From NCBI RefSeq assembly GCF_009914755.1, contig NC_060927.1: a stretch of DNA of 64,000 bases; one strand, given 5' to 3'. Both the position numbers and the translations under genes were made by a program. This document shows positions 13,225-31,153 of the stretch, piece after piece. The stretch comes from the human T2T-CHM13v2.0 reference genome, Homo sapiens. Under the pieces are notes generated by a model. The model did not search any database, was not told where the DNA came from, and saw only the letters and a list, made by a program, of their open reading frames with translations. How positions within the stretch are numbered: the stretch's first letter is position 1; every line of letters begins with the position of its first letter.

Positions 13225-13576
13225 CTTCTACTCCAACACTGACTAGATTGCAGCTGGCTTTTGAAGCTGGGATACTGCCATATTCACCAGTGACTTTCCA
13301 ATCATTGCTTCGCTTTCATTTCCTCTCAATTTCTTTTTTCTCTTTTAATAAAAGTTGCCAAGCAACTTTATAAAGTGACTATAAATATAGGAAAGTTAAA
13401 ATCCTTTACCAAGACCACTTTATATATCTAAATATGAGTTACTAAGGTGGCTGAGAGGCTCTCTTGTGCTTGTGTGTTTATGTGGCTTTGAGATTATGTG
13501 TTTTATTTTATAGATAAGATTAGTGATTATTTAGGTTGATAAAATGACATGAAGCTTTTTGAAAATTTATCATGGA

Positions 13577-13877
<301 letters not shown>

Positions 13878-13904
13878 TTGCCCTGGAATTGCAAGACTCA
13901 CTAT

Positions 13905-13990
13905 GCTGGAAAGAACCTTAGAGATTATCCAGACCCAATCCCTTGTTTGCTAGTGGAGAGACTTGGAACAGAAATTTAAGCAGTTCACCA
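13905..13990 (-). mobile_element. MIR fragment
   Basis: gctggaaagaaccttagagattatccagacccaatccc resembles the reversed MIR 3' core. Confidence 0.55.
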
Positions 13991-15969
13991 AATAATAAAT
14001 TATAGCTATTATTTATAGTTTATGTGCTGAGGACCTCATCTAATACTTAAAGCAAGTCATTCCTATAGCAAATATACTATTTTATGGTAAAATTTTAGAA
14101 ATATTCCTATTAAAACCAGGAACAAGGCAATGATGACTTTTATTACTGCCACTCTTTGACATTTTTCTAGAGGGCCAGGCCTAATAAGATAAGAAAAAGA
14201 GTATTTTATATATAAGGAACACTTAGAAATGTTTAGGTGGCCATAAGGACTGACAGTTTGAATCACATGAAAAATTAAAACTTTTATGTTAAAAAAGTGA
14301 CAATGTAAACAAAGTTAAGAAACAAATGAAAAATGGGGAAAATATTTGGAGTCTACATGGAGACACAAGATTAATATGTACAGTATGTAAATCAGTTAAA
14401 AAGAATTAAATACCAAGAGAAAAATGAGCCAAAAAATATAAATAGAAGATGAAATTCAATGGGCCAATAAATGTGAAGCATCATACTAGCATCAGATCTG
14501 AGGTAAATGAGAAAAAAAAAGTTGGTTGTATAAAGCCACCAAAATCATACTGTAGTAAGTTTTGTATTAAATCTCCTGACAAGTCATCATCACGGCAGAT
14601 GGGAGGCAGGAATAGATTGTAGTTCCAACTCAGACGGACAGAGCAGCATGCAGAGGCTCACATAGTAACTGCAAGCACAAACCAGCAATCCCAAGAGGAC
14701 CCACAGACCCTCTGAAGGAAGCAGATTGCTCCTGCAGGACCCAGGAGACACCCCAAATACTGTGAGTGCCCCAACTGCAGAAGTGAGAAAGGGAGAGCCT
14801 CCTCTCCAGAACACACATCCCACAGGAGAAACCAAAGGTCTGTTTGCGGGAGAAGTTTCTGACCTTACCTGGAGCTGAGTCAATTCAGAGAACCAAGCAA
14901 AACACAGAGGTAGAGAAAGCAGCAGAAAGGCCCTGGAAGCTCACCGGATCCCCAGGCAGGCCATTTCTGCATGGCATCACAGTGATCCATCGAGAGGGTG
15001 GACAGAGGAATCAGAGGGCAGGGGTGAACACCACAGGGAGAAGGAAATCTCCAGATAACTTGGTAACAATTTGAACTGGGTGAGAAGCCTCCTGGCCAGA
15101 ACTCAGAGGAGGGCACAAATCCAGTGTGCAGACTCCACAGGCAGGAGAAGAACTAAGCCCTTTTCTTTTGCAGCTGGGAGGTGGGTAACCTGGGGCAAGT
15201 TCTCAAGCCCAGCTTACTCAACACCTGGAAACAGACTTGGAGCTATTAAGGGGGGCACGGTGGGAGTGAGACCAGCCCTTTGGTTTGCACGGGAGCTGGG
15301 TGAGGCCTGTGACTGCCGGCTTTCCCCTGCTTCCCCGAGAACCTGCATGACTCAGCAGAGGCAGCCATAATCCTCCTAGGTACACAACTCCATTGACCTG
15401 GAACCTCACCCCCATCCCCCATAGCAGCAGCAGCAAGACCTGCCCAAGGAGAGTCTGAGCTCAGACACGCCCAGCCCTGCCTCCAACTGATAGTCCTTCT
15501 CTACCCACTCTGGTAGCTGGAGACAAAGGGCATACAATCTCAGGAGTTCTAGGGCCCCAGTCACTGCTGGTTCCTCTCCATATACCACAGCTAATGCTCT
15601 TTGGAAAACACCATGTCCCAGCAGGAAGCCAACCAGAACAAAAATAGAGCATAAACCCTCACAAAGTCCATTGCACCTCCCTGCCACTTCCATCAGAACA
15701 GGCACTGGTATCCACAGCTAAGAGACCCACAGATGGTTCACATCACAGGACTCTGTGCAGACAACCTCCAGTACCAGCCCCAGAGCCTGCTAGAATTCCT
15801 GGGCAGCTAGACCCAGAAGAGAGACAACAATCGCTGCAGTTTGGCTCACAGGAAGCCACACTGATGGGAAAAGGGGGAGAGTATTACATCAAGGGAACAC
15901 CCCATGGGACAAAAGAATCTGAACAACAGACTTCATCCCTAGACCTTCCCTCTGACAGAGCCTACCCAA

Positions 15970-16930
15970 ATGAGAAGGAACCAGGAAACCAACTCTGGTA
16001 ATATGACAAAACAAGGCTCTTTAACACCCCCACAAAAAAATCAAACTAGTTCACCAGCAATGGATCCAAACCAAGAAGAAAACCTTGATTTGCCTAAAAA
16101 AGAATTCAGGAGGTTAGTTATTAAGCTAATAAGGGAGGCACCAGAGAAAGGCAAAGTCCAATGCAAGAAAATCTAAAATAACAATACAAGAAGTAAAGGG
16201 AGAAATATTCAAGGAAATAGATAGTTTAAGGAAAAAATAATCAAAAATTCAGGAAACATTGGACACACTTATAGCAATGCAAAATGCTCTGGAAAGTCTC
16301 AGCAATAGAACCAAACAAGTGGAAGAAAGAAATTCAGAGCTTCAAATTAACCCAATCCAATAAAGACAAAGAAAAAAGAATAAGAAAATACGAACAAAGC
16401 CTCCAAGAAGTCTGTGATTATGTTAAGCAATCAAACCTAAGAATAATAGGTGTTCCTGAGGAGGAAGAGAATTCTAAAATCTTGGAAAACATATTTGGGG
16501 GAATAATTGAGGAAAACTTCCCCAGCCTTGCTAGAGACCTAGACATCCAAATACAAGAGGCACAAAGGACACCTGGGAAATTCATCACAAAAAGACCATC
16601 GCCTAGGCACATTGTCGTCAGGTTATCAGAAGTTAAGGCAAAGAAAAGAATCTTAAGAGCTGTGAAACAGAAGCACCGGGTAACCTATAAAGGAAAACCT
16701 ATCAATTAACAGAGATTTCTCAGCAGAAACCCTACAAGCTAGCAAGGATTGGGGGCCCCTATCTTCAGCCTCCTCAACAAAACAATTATTTAGCCAAGGA
16801 TTTTGTATCCAGCAAAACTAAGCATCTTATATGAAGGAAAGGTACACTCTTTTTCAGACAAATGCTGAGAGAATTCACCACTACCAAGCCACCACTACAG
16901 GAACTGCTAAAAGGAGTTCTAATTTTTGAA
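15970..16930 (+). pseudogene. L1PB ORF1p remnant (disrupted)
   Basis: MRRNQETNSGNMTKQG...; YEQSLQEVCDYVKQSNLRIIGVPEEE...ENFPSLARDLDIQIQEAQRTP is the ORF1p coiled coil/RRM, broken by stops and frameshifts. Confidence 0.88.
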
Positions 16931-18630
16931 ACAAATCCTGGAAACACATCAAATCAGAACCTCTTTAAAGCATAAATCACACAGGACCTATAAAACAAAA
17001 ATACAAGTTAAGAAGCAAAAACAAAAAAACAACCAAAGTACACAGGCAACAAATAGCATGATGAATGCAATGGTACCTCACATCTCAATACTAACACTGA
17101 ATGTAAATAGCCGAAATGCTCCACTTAAAAGGTACAGAACTGCAGAATGGATAAGAACTCATGAACCAACTATCTGCTGCCTTCAGGAGACTCACCTAAC
17201 ACATAAGGACTCACATAAACTTAAAGGGGTGGAAAAAGGCATCTCATGCAAATGGACACCAAAAGGGGGCAGGAGTAGATATTCTTATATTAGACAAAAT
17301 AAATTTTAAAGTAACAGCAGTTAAAAGAGACAAAGAAGGACATTATAAAATGGTAAAAGGCTTTGTCCAACAGGAAAATATCACAATCCTAAACATATAT
17401 GCACCTAACACTGGAGCTCCCAAATTTATAAAACAATTACTAAAAGATCTAAGAAATGAGATAAACAGCAACACAATAGTGGGGGACTTCAATACTCCAC
17501 TGACATGACTAGACAGGTAATGAAGACAGAAGGTCAACAAAGAAACAATGGATTTAAACTATACCTTGGAACAAATGGACTTAACAGATATATACAGAAC
17601 ATTTCATCCAACAACTGCAGAATACACATTCTATTCAAAAGCACATGGAACTCTCTCCAAGATAGACCATATGATAGGCCATAAAACAAGCCTCAATAAA
17701 CTTAAGAAAATTGAAATTATACCAAGCACTCTCTCAGATCACAGTGGAATAAACCTGGAAATCAACTCCAAAGGAACTTTCAAAACCATGCAAATATGTG
17801 GAAATTAAATAACCTGCTCCTGAATGAGCATTGGGTCAACAGCAAAATCAAGATGGAAATTTAAAAATTCTTTGAACTGAATGACAATAATAACACAATC
17901 TGTTAAAAACTCTGGGATGCAGCAAAATTGGTGCTGTGAGGAAGTTCATAGCACTAAATGCCTACATCAAAAAGACTGAAAGAGCACAAACTGACATTCT
18001 AAGGTCACACTCAAGGAACTAGAGAAACAAGAACAAACCAAACCCAAACCGAGCAGAAGAAAGGAAATAGCCAAGATCACAGCAGAACTAAATGAAATTG
18101 AAACAAACAAACAAAAAAAAGATAATGAAACAAGAAACCAGTTCTTTGAAAAGATAAATAAAATTGATAGACCATTAGCAAGATTAACCAAGAAAACAAG
18201 AGAGAAAATACAAACAACCTCATTAAGAAATGAAACAGGAGACATTACAACTGACACCACTGAAATACAAAAGACTATGAATACCTTTATGCACATAAAC
18301 TAGAAAACCTAGACGAGATGGATAAATTCCCGGAAAAATACAACCCTCCTAGCTTAAATCAGGAAGAATTAGATATCCTGAACAGACCAAAAACAAGCAG
18401 TGAGACTGAAATGGTAATTTTTTTTTATTATGCTTTAAGTTCTAGGGTACATGTCCACAACCTGCAGGTTTATTACATAAGTATACATGTGCCATGTTGG
18501 TGTGCTGCACCCATTAACTCATCATTTACATTAGGTATATCTCTTAATGCTATCCCTCCCCCCTCCCCTGACCCCACAACAGGACCCAGTGTGTGATGTT
18601 CCCCTTCCTGTGTCCAAGTGTTCCCATTGT

Positions 18631-22447
<3,817 letters not shown>

Positions 22448-22510
22448 TATGATGTTAGCTGGTTATTTTGCTCGTTATTTGATGCAGTTTCTTTCTAGCA
22501 TCAATGGTCT

Positions 22511-23527
22511 TTACAATTTGGCATGTTTCTGCAGTGGCTGGTACTGGTTGTTCCTTTCCATGTTTAGTGCTTCCTTCAGGAGCTCTTTTAGGGCAGGCCT
22601 GATGGTGACAAAATCTCTCAGCATATGCTTGTCTGTAAAGGATTTTATTTCTCCTTCACTTATGAAGCTTAGTTTGGCTGGATATGAAATTCTGGGTTGA
22701 AAACTCTTTTCTTTAAGAATGTTGAATATTGGCCCCCACTCTCTTCTGGCTTGTTGAGTTTCTGCTGAGAGATCAGCTGTTAGTCTGATGGGCTTCCCTT
22801 TATGGGTAACCCGATCTTTCTCTCTGGCTGCCCTTAACGTTTTTTCCTTCATTTCAACTTTGGCGACTCTGACAATTATGTGTCTTGGAGTTGCTTTTCT
22901 TGAGGAGTATCTTTGTGGTGTTCTCTGTATCTCCTGAATTTGGATGTTGGCCTGCCTTGCTAGATTGGGGAAGTTCTCCTGGATAATATCCTGCAGAGTG
23001 TTTTCCAACTTGGTTCCATTCTCCCCGTCACTTTCAGGTACACTAATCAGACGTAGATTTGGTCTTTTCACATAGTCCCTTATTTCTTGGAGGCTTTGTT
23101 CATTTCTTTTTACTCTTTTTTCTCTAAACTTCTCTTCTCGCTTCATTTCATTCATTTGATCTTCAATCACCGACACACTTCCTTCCAGTTGAGCGAATCG
23201 GCTACTGAAGCTTGTGCATTCATCACGTAGTTCTCGTGCCATGTTTTTCAGCTACGTCAGATCATTTAAGGACTTCTCTACACTGGTTATTCTAGTTAGC
23301 CATTCATCTAATCTTTTTTCAAGGTTTTTAGCTTCTTTGTAATGGGTTCGAACTTTCTCTTTTAGCTCAGAGAAGTTTGATCGTCTGAAGCCTTCTTCTC
23401 TCAACTTGTCAAAGTCATTCTTCATCCAGCTTTGTTCCATTGCTGGCGAGGAGCTGCATTCCTTTGGAGGGGGAGAGGTGCTCTGATTTTTAGAATTTTC
23501 AGCTTTTCTGCTCTGCTTTTTCCCCAT
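22511..23527 (-). pseudogene. L1PA5 ORF1p, full 338-codon length with one premature stop
   Basis: ORFs 23252..23527 and 22511..23242 are in the same frame, separated by TAG at 23252-23254 (LT*LKNMARELRDE). Total length is 1017 nt. Confidence 0.93.
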
Positions 23528-26439
23528 CTTTGTGGTTTTATCTACGTTTGGTCTTTGATGATGGTGATGTACAGATGGGGTTTTGTTGTGGGTGTCCTTT
23601 CTGTTTGTTAGTTTTCCTTCTAACAGTCAGGACCCTCAGCTGCAGGTCTGTTGGAATTTGCTGGAGGTCCACTCCCAGACCCTGTTTGCCTGGGTATCAG
23701 CAGCAGTGGCTGCAGAACAGTGAATATTGCTGAACAGCCAATGTTGCTGCCTGATCGTTCCTCTGGAAGCTTCGTCTCAGAGGGGTACCCTGCCGTGTGG
23801 GGTGTCAGTCTGCCCCTACTGGGGGGTGCCTCCCAGTTAGGCTACTCGGGTTCAGGGACCCACTTGAGGAGGCAGTCTGTCCGTTCTTAGATCTCAAACT
23901 CCATGCTGGGAGAACCACTACTCTCTTCAAAGCTGTCAGACAGGGACATGTAAGTCTGCAGAGGTTTCTGCTGCCTTTTGTTCAGCTATGCCCTGCCCCC
24001 AGAGGTGGAGTCTATAAAGGCAGGCAGGCCTCCTTGAGCAGTGGTGGGCTCCACCCAGTTCGAGCTTCCTTGCCACTTTGTTTACCTACTCAAGCCTTAG
24101 CAAGGGCGGGCTCCCCTCCCCTAGCCTCGCTGCCACCTTGCAGTTCAATCTCAGATTGCTGTGCTAGCAATAAGCAAGGGTCCGTGGGCATGGGACCCTC
24201 TGCGCCAGGTGCGTGATATAATCTCCCAGTGTGCTGTTTGCTAAGACTGTTGGAAAAGTGCAGTATTAGGGTGGGAATGACCCGATTTTCCAGATGCCAT
24301 CTGTCACAGCTTCCCTTGGCTAGGCAAGGGAATTCCCTGACCCCTTGCACTTCCCAGGTGAGGTGATGCCTCGCCCTGCTTCGGCTCATGCTCGGTGGGC
24401 TGCACCCACTGTCCTGCACCCACTGTCCAACAAGCCCTAGTGAGATGAACCTGGTTCCTCAGTTGGAAATGCAGAAATCACCCGTCCTCTGTATCGCTTA
24501 CACTAGGAGCTGTAGACTGGAGCTGTTCCTATTTGGCCATCTGAAATGGTAATTTAAAAATTACCAACAAAAAAAAATCCCAGGATGAGACGGATTCACA
24601 GCAGAATTCTACCAGACATTCAAAGAAGAATTGGTACCAATCCTATTGACACTATTCCACAAGACAGAGAAAGAAGGAACTCTCCCTGATTCATTCTATG
24701 AAGCCAGCATCACCCTAGTGTCAAAACCAGGAAATGACATAACCAAAAAAGAAAACTACAGACTGATATCCTTGAAGAACATAGATGGTAAAATCCTTAA
24801 CAAAATACTAGCTAACTGAATCCAACAACATATCAAAAAGATAATACACCATGATCAAGTGGGTTTCATACCAGGGATGCAGGGATGGTTTAACATACAC
24901 AAATCAATAAATGTGATATACCACATAAGCAGAATTAAAAACAAAAATTACATGATCATCTCAATAAATGCAGAAAAATATTTGACAAAATCCACTATCC
25001 CATTATGATTAAAACTCTCAGCAAAATTGGCATAGAAGGGACATACCTCAATGTAATAAAAGCCATCTATGACAAATCCATAACCAACATAATACTGAAG
25101 GGGGAAAAGTTGAAAGCATTCCCTCTGAGAACTGGAATAAGACAAGGATGCCCATTCTCACCACTCCTCTTCAGCACAGTACTGGAAGTCCTAGCCAGAG
25201 CAATCAGACAACAGAAAGAAATAATGGGCATCCAAATCAGTAAAGAGGAAGTCAAACTGTCACAGTTTGCTGACAATATGATCATATATCTCGAAAACCC
25301 TAAAGACTCCTCCAGAAAGCTTCTAGAAATGATAAAAGAAGTAAGCAAAGTTTCTGGATATAAGATTAATTTACACAAATCAGTAGCTCTTCTATACACC
25401 AACAGCAACCAAGTGAAGAATCAAATCCAGAACTCAACACCTTTCACAATAACTGTAAAAAATAAAAATACTTGGGTATTCCTGAGTACCTAACCAAGGA
25501 GTCAAAAGACCCCTACAAGGAAAACTTAAAAACACTGCTGAAAGAAATAGATGACACAGACAAATGGAAACACATCCCATGCTCACGGATGGGTAGAATC
25601 AATATTATGAAAATGACCATACTGCCAAAAGCAATCCAAAAATTCAATGCAATCCCCATCAAAATACCACCATCATTCTTCACAGAATTAGAAAAAACAA
25701 TTCTAAAATTCATATGGAACCAGAAAAGAGCCAGCCCACATAGCCAAAGCATGACAAAGCAAAAAGAACAAATCTGGAGGCATCACACTACCCTGATTTC
25801 AAACCATACGATAGGCCATCGTCACCAAAACAACATTTTATACATATAAAAATAGGTATATAGACCAATGGAACAGAATAGAGAACTCAGAAATAAACCC
25901 AAATACTTACAGCCAACTGATTTTGAACAAAGCAAACAAAAACATGAAGTAGGGAAAGGACACCCTTTTCAACAAACGGTGCTGGGATAATCGGCTAGCC
26001 ACATGTAGGAGAATGAAACTGAATCCCCATCACTCATCTTATACAAAAATCAACTCAAGATGGATTAAAGACTTAAATCTAAGACCTGAAACTATAAAAA
26101 TTCTAGAAGATAACATTGGAAAAACCTTTCTAGATGTTGGCTTAGGCAAAGATTCCATGACCAAGAACCCAAAAGCAAATGCAATAAAAACAAAGATAAG
26201 TAGTCGGGATTTAATTAAACTAAAGGGCTTTTGCAAGGCAAAAGGAACAGCCAGCAGAGTAAACAGACAACCCACATAGTGGTAGAAAATCTTCACAATC
26301 TATACATCTGACAAAAGACTAATATCCAGAATCTACAATGAACTCAAACAAATCAATAAGAAAAAAACAAAAATCCCATCAAAAAGTGGGCTAATGACAT
26401 GAATAGACAATTCTCAGAAGAAGATATACAAATGGCCGA

Positions 26440-28721
26440 TGATATGGTTTGGCTCTGTGTCCCCACCTAAATCTCATCTTGAATTGCCCTCCCATAATTC
26501 CCAGGTGTTAAGGGAGAGATCCAGTGGGAGATAATTTGAATCATGGGGGCGGTTTCCCCCATACCATTCTCATGGTAGTGAATGAGTCTCACGAGATCTG
26601 ATGGTCTTTTCAGGGGATTCTGCTTTTGCATCTTCCTCATTTTTTCTCTTGCTGCCACCATGTAAGAAGTGCTTCTCACCTCCCACCATGATTCTAAGGC
26701 CTCCACAGCCATGTGGAACTGTAAGCCCAATTAAACCTATTTTTCTTCCAAGTCTCGGGTATGTCTTTATTAGCAGCATGAAAATTGACAAATACAGTAA
26801 ATTGGTACCAATAGAGTGGGGTGTTGCTGAAAAGATACCCGAAAATGTGGAAGCAAATTTGAAACTGGGTATCAGGCAGAGGTTGGAAGAGTTTGGGGAG
26901 CTCAGAAGAAGACAGGAAAATGTGGAAAAGTTTGGAACCTCCTAGAGACTTGTTGAATGGCTTTGACAAAAATACTCATAGTGATATGAACAATAAGGTC
27001 CAGGCTGAGGTGGTCTCAGATGGAGATGAAGAACTTGCTGGGAACTGGAGTAAAGGCAACTCTTGTTATGTTTAACAGAGACTGGTGGCATTTTGCCCCT
27101 GTCCTAGAGATTTGTAGAACTTTGAACTGGAGAGAGATGATTTAGGGTATCTGGTGGAAGAAATTTCTAAGCAGCAAAGCATTCAAAAGGTGACCTGAGT
27201 GCTGTTAAAAGCATGCCATTTTAAAAAGGTAACGGCATAAAAGTTCAGAAAATTTACAGCTTGATGCAGCAGAAAGGAAAAACCCATTTTTTTGAGGAGA
27301 TATTCAAGCTGGCTGCAGAAATCTGCGTAAGTAACAAGGAGCCAAATGTCCTCAAGACAATGGGGAAAATGTCTCCAGAGCATGTCATAGGTCTTCATGG
27401 CAGCCCCTCCCATCACTCACCCAGAAGCCTAGGAGGAAAAAATGGTTTCATAGGCCTGGCTCAGGGTCCCCATGCTGTGTGCAGCCTAGTGACTTGGTGC
27501 CCTGCATCCCAGCCACTCCAGCCATTGCTAAGGGGCCAAAGTCCAATGTGGTTTCAATGTCCAATATGGTTTCAGAGGGTGCAAGCCCCAAACCTTGGCA
27601 GCTTCCACATGGCGTTCGGTCTGTGGGTACACAGAAATCAAGAATTGAGGTTTGGGAACCTCCACCTAGATTTCAGAAAAAGTACGGAAACTCCTGGATG
27701 CCCAGGCAAAAGTTTGCTACAGGGGTGGGGCCCTCATGGAGAACTTCTGCTGGGGCAGTGCAGAAGGGAAATATGGGGTCAGAGCCCCTACACAGAATCC
27801 TTACAGGGACACTGCCTAGTGAAGCTGTGAGAAGAGGGCCACCATCATCCTGACCTCAGATCCACTGACAGCTTGCACCATGCACCTGGAAAAGCCACAG
27901 ACACTCAACACCAGCCTGTGAAAGCAGCCAGGAGGCAGGCTATATCCTGCAAAGCCACAAATGTGGAGCCGCCCAAGACTACTGGAACCTACTTCTTGCA
28001 ACAGCGTGACCTGGATATGAGACATGGTGTCAAAGGAGATTATTCTGGAACTTTAGAATTTGACTTCTCTACTGGATTTCGGACTTACATGGGCCCTATA
28101 GCCCCTTTGTTTTGGCCAATGTCTCCCATTTGGAATGGCTGTATATTTACCAAATGCCTGTACCCCCCTTGTACCTAGGAAGTAACTAGCTTGTTATAGA
28201 TTTAACAGGATCGTAGGAGGAAGGGGCTTGCCTTGTCTCAGATGAGACTTCGGACTGTGGACTTTTGGGTTATGCTGAAATGAGTTAAGGCTTTGGGGGG
28301 ACGTTGGGAAGGCATGACTGGTTTTGAAATGTAAGGACATGAGATTTGAAGGGGCCCAGGGCATAATGATATGATTTGGCTCTGTGTTCCCACCCAAATC
28401 TCATCCTGAATTATACTCCCATAATTCTCATGTGTTGTGGGAGGGACCTGGTGGGAGATATTTTGAATCTGGGGACAGCTCCCCCATACTATTCTCGTGG
28501 TAGTGAATAAGTCTCACGAGATTCAATGGCTTTATCAGGGGGTTCTGTTTTTGCATCTTCCTCATTTTTTCTCTTGCCACCACCATGTAAGGAGTGACTT
28601 TCACCTCCTGCCATGATTCTGAGGCCTCCCCAGCCATCTGGAGCTGTAAGTCCATTTAAACCTCTTTTTCTTCCCAGTCTCAGGTATGTCTTTATCAGTA
28701 GCATGAAAATGAACTAATACA
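26440..28721 (+). mobile_element. Complete THE1B MaLR provirus (LTR 26440-26796, internal 26797-28366, LTR 28367-28721)
   Basis: Two ~356-bp LTRs (tgatatg...aataca), an internal region starting gtaaattggtacca, and a 5-bp TSD gccga/gccaa. L1PB ORF2 sequence resumes colinearly after it. Confidence 0.95.
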
Positions 28722-29130
28722 GCCAACAAACATATGCAAAAATGCTCAGCATCACTAATGATCAGGGAAATGCAAATTAAAACCACAATGCAATACCATC
28801 TTATGCCTGCAAGAATGGCTATAATCGAAAAATAAAAAAAAACAGTAGATGTTGGCATGGATGCGGTGATCAGGAAACACTTCTACACTGCGTGGGAATG
28901 TAAACTAGTACAGCCACTAGGGAAAACAGTGTGGAGATTCCTTAAAGAACTAAAAGTAGAACTACCATTTGATACAGCAATCCCACTACCGGGTATCTAC
29001 CCAGAGGAAAAGAAGTCATTTTATGAAAAGAATACTTGCACACGCATGTTTATAGCAGCACAATTCACAACTGCAAAATCATGGAACCAACCCAAATGCC
29101 CATCCATCAATGAGTGGATAAAGAAACCAT

Positions 29131-29213
29131 TATATATATATATATATATATATTCGTGATATATATATTTTCATGATAGATATATATTTTTGTGATATAT
29201 ATGTATATATATA
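29131..29213. repeat. (TA)n-rich compound microsatellite inside the L1PB
   Basis: A tatatata run followed by repeated gtgatatatatatttt-like units. Confidence 0.85.
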
Positions 29214-30759
29214 CGATGGAATACTACTCGGTCATAAAAAGGAATGAATTAACAGCATTTGCAGTGACCTGGATGAGACTGGAGACTATTATTCTAAGTG
29301 AAGTAACTCAGGAATGGAAAATCAAACATCGTATGTTCTCACCGATATGTGGGAGCTATGCTACAAGGATGCAAAGGCATAAGAATGATACAATGGACTG
29401 TGGGGACCTGGGGGGAAGAGTGGGAGGGGGGCAAGGAATAAAAGACTACAAACATAGTGCAGTGTACACTGCTCAGCTGATGGGTGCACCAAAATCTCAC
29501 AAATCACCACTAAAAAACTTACTTATGTAACCAAATACCACCTGTATCCCAATAACTTACGGGGAAAAATAAAAATTAAATTAAATTAAAACAAATAAAT
29601 AAAAATTAAAATAAATAAATCTCCAATAGTCACAGCTTTTTCATACCAGACTCATGTCTCATTATCTATCTGCTTCTTTTGAGAACAATATTCCAGAAAC
29701 TACAACTTTGGGTCTTTTTGTGATGTCATTAATCTGTACTTATTTTCTCCCTTACCCACGTGAGGTTTTTGGTGTGTTTTTGTTTGTTTGTTTTTTCTTT
29801 GTATATTTGTTTTTAACTTGGTGGCTGCTACCTTGAAGTTGCTGGGCTACTATGGGGAGACCAAATTCTCTATCTAATCTTTTCCCTGAAGATTTTTAGG
29901 TACCTGAGAGGTTTTCAGGGTATTGATTTCTGAAGGCTTGTTTAAATATCTCTTTCATCTAGGATCTCAAAGCAGTTGGCTTCTCCATCACCGCAAGGTC
30001 CTGAACTCCCTCTATTCACTACAATGCTTTACTCATTTCACCTCTTTTCTTATATCTTCCTGAAAGTCACCCATAGCACCCAGTACACATAGTTAATGTT
30101 CTTTTCCAACTACTTCCTTATGCTTGCTAGCCTTCTATATTACCAAAGATAGTAGTGTTAATATATTTTTACGCTGTATAACATAGATCACCATTTTCCT
30201 GGACTCCAGTAGTCTCCCTGCTACCCACTACCTGACAGTGAAGCCAACGAAAGATATTTCAGCTTTTGTTATGATAGCATCCCTCTTCCTATGCCAAATT
30301 TTGTATAATCAGAATAGCAATAAGTTTTGCTATCTTAAAAAATGAACCTTGTAACCCTGAGAAAAGTGTGTTTCTTACTCACACAATGTCCAATATGAAT
30401 TTTTTCAATCCTCAAGAGCAGCTGTCTCAGATCTAGCTCCTTGTGCTCCACCATTTGAACGCAGGACCTTGCTCATTGCTGTTACAGGTAAAAAGACACC
30501 GCTAGAAGTTATATTCTGACTCATCTATAGCTCAGACCAGAAATAACGTAAGTATTTCTGCTCACAGCCAGGAGTAATACTGGTTTTATGGCTCCAGCAA
30601 GCTGCTTGGGGGCTGGAGAATATGGGAGAGCATGTGGCTATTTGTGAGTACTCCATGACTTTCCCAAACCTCATTTGTAACAAGTGTTTTGTGATACTCT
30701 CTTAACTTGCTTGAAAGCGATAAGTACAGACAATTTCACCTGCCTACAGATATAATACC

Positions 30760-31153
30760 TGTATTAGTTTGCTAGGCCTGCCATAACAATATATCACAGA
30801 CTGGTAGGCTTAAAAAGCAGAAATTTATTTTCCCACAGTTCTGAAGGCTGGAAGTCCAAGATCAAGATATCAGTTCACTTGGTTTCTCCTGAGGCCTTTC
30901 TTCTTGGCTTGCAGAAGGCCTCCCTCTCACTGTGTCTTCATATGGTCTTTTCTCTCTGTGTGCCTATCCCTAATCCCTAGTGAGTCTTCCTCTTCTTAAG
31001 AGGCCATCAGTGATATTGGATTAGGGTCCTGCCCTGATGATGTCACCTAACCCTTTAATTACCTCTTTAAAGGCCCTATCACACTGGGGGTTGTACTAGA
31101 GTTAGAACTTTAACATAGGAATTTGAGGGGAAAACAAAATTCAGTCCACAAAA
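30760..31153 (-). mobile_element. MLT1A/B MaLR solo LTR
   Basis: tgtattagtttgctaggcctgccataaca...cacagttctgaaggctggaagtccaagatcaag...aattcagtccacaa. Confidence 0.85.

Noticed and set aside
14590-15705. GC-rich block with many ORFs, resembling a promoter or gene
   Set aside because: It is the L1PB 5' UTR and leads directly into ORF1 at 15970.
26467-28858. Several 70-190 aa ORFs
   Set aside because: They fall in THE1B LTR/internal sequence, a non-autonomous MaLR, and show no recognisable protein domains.
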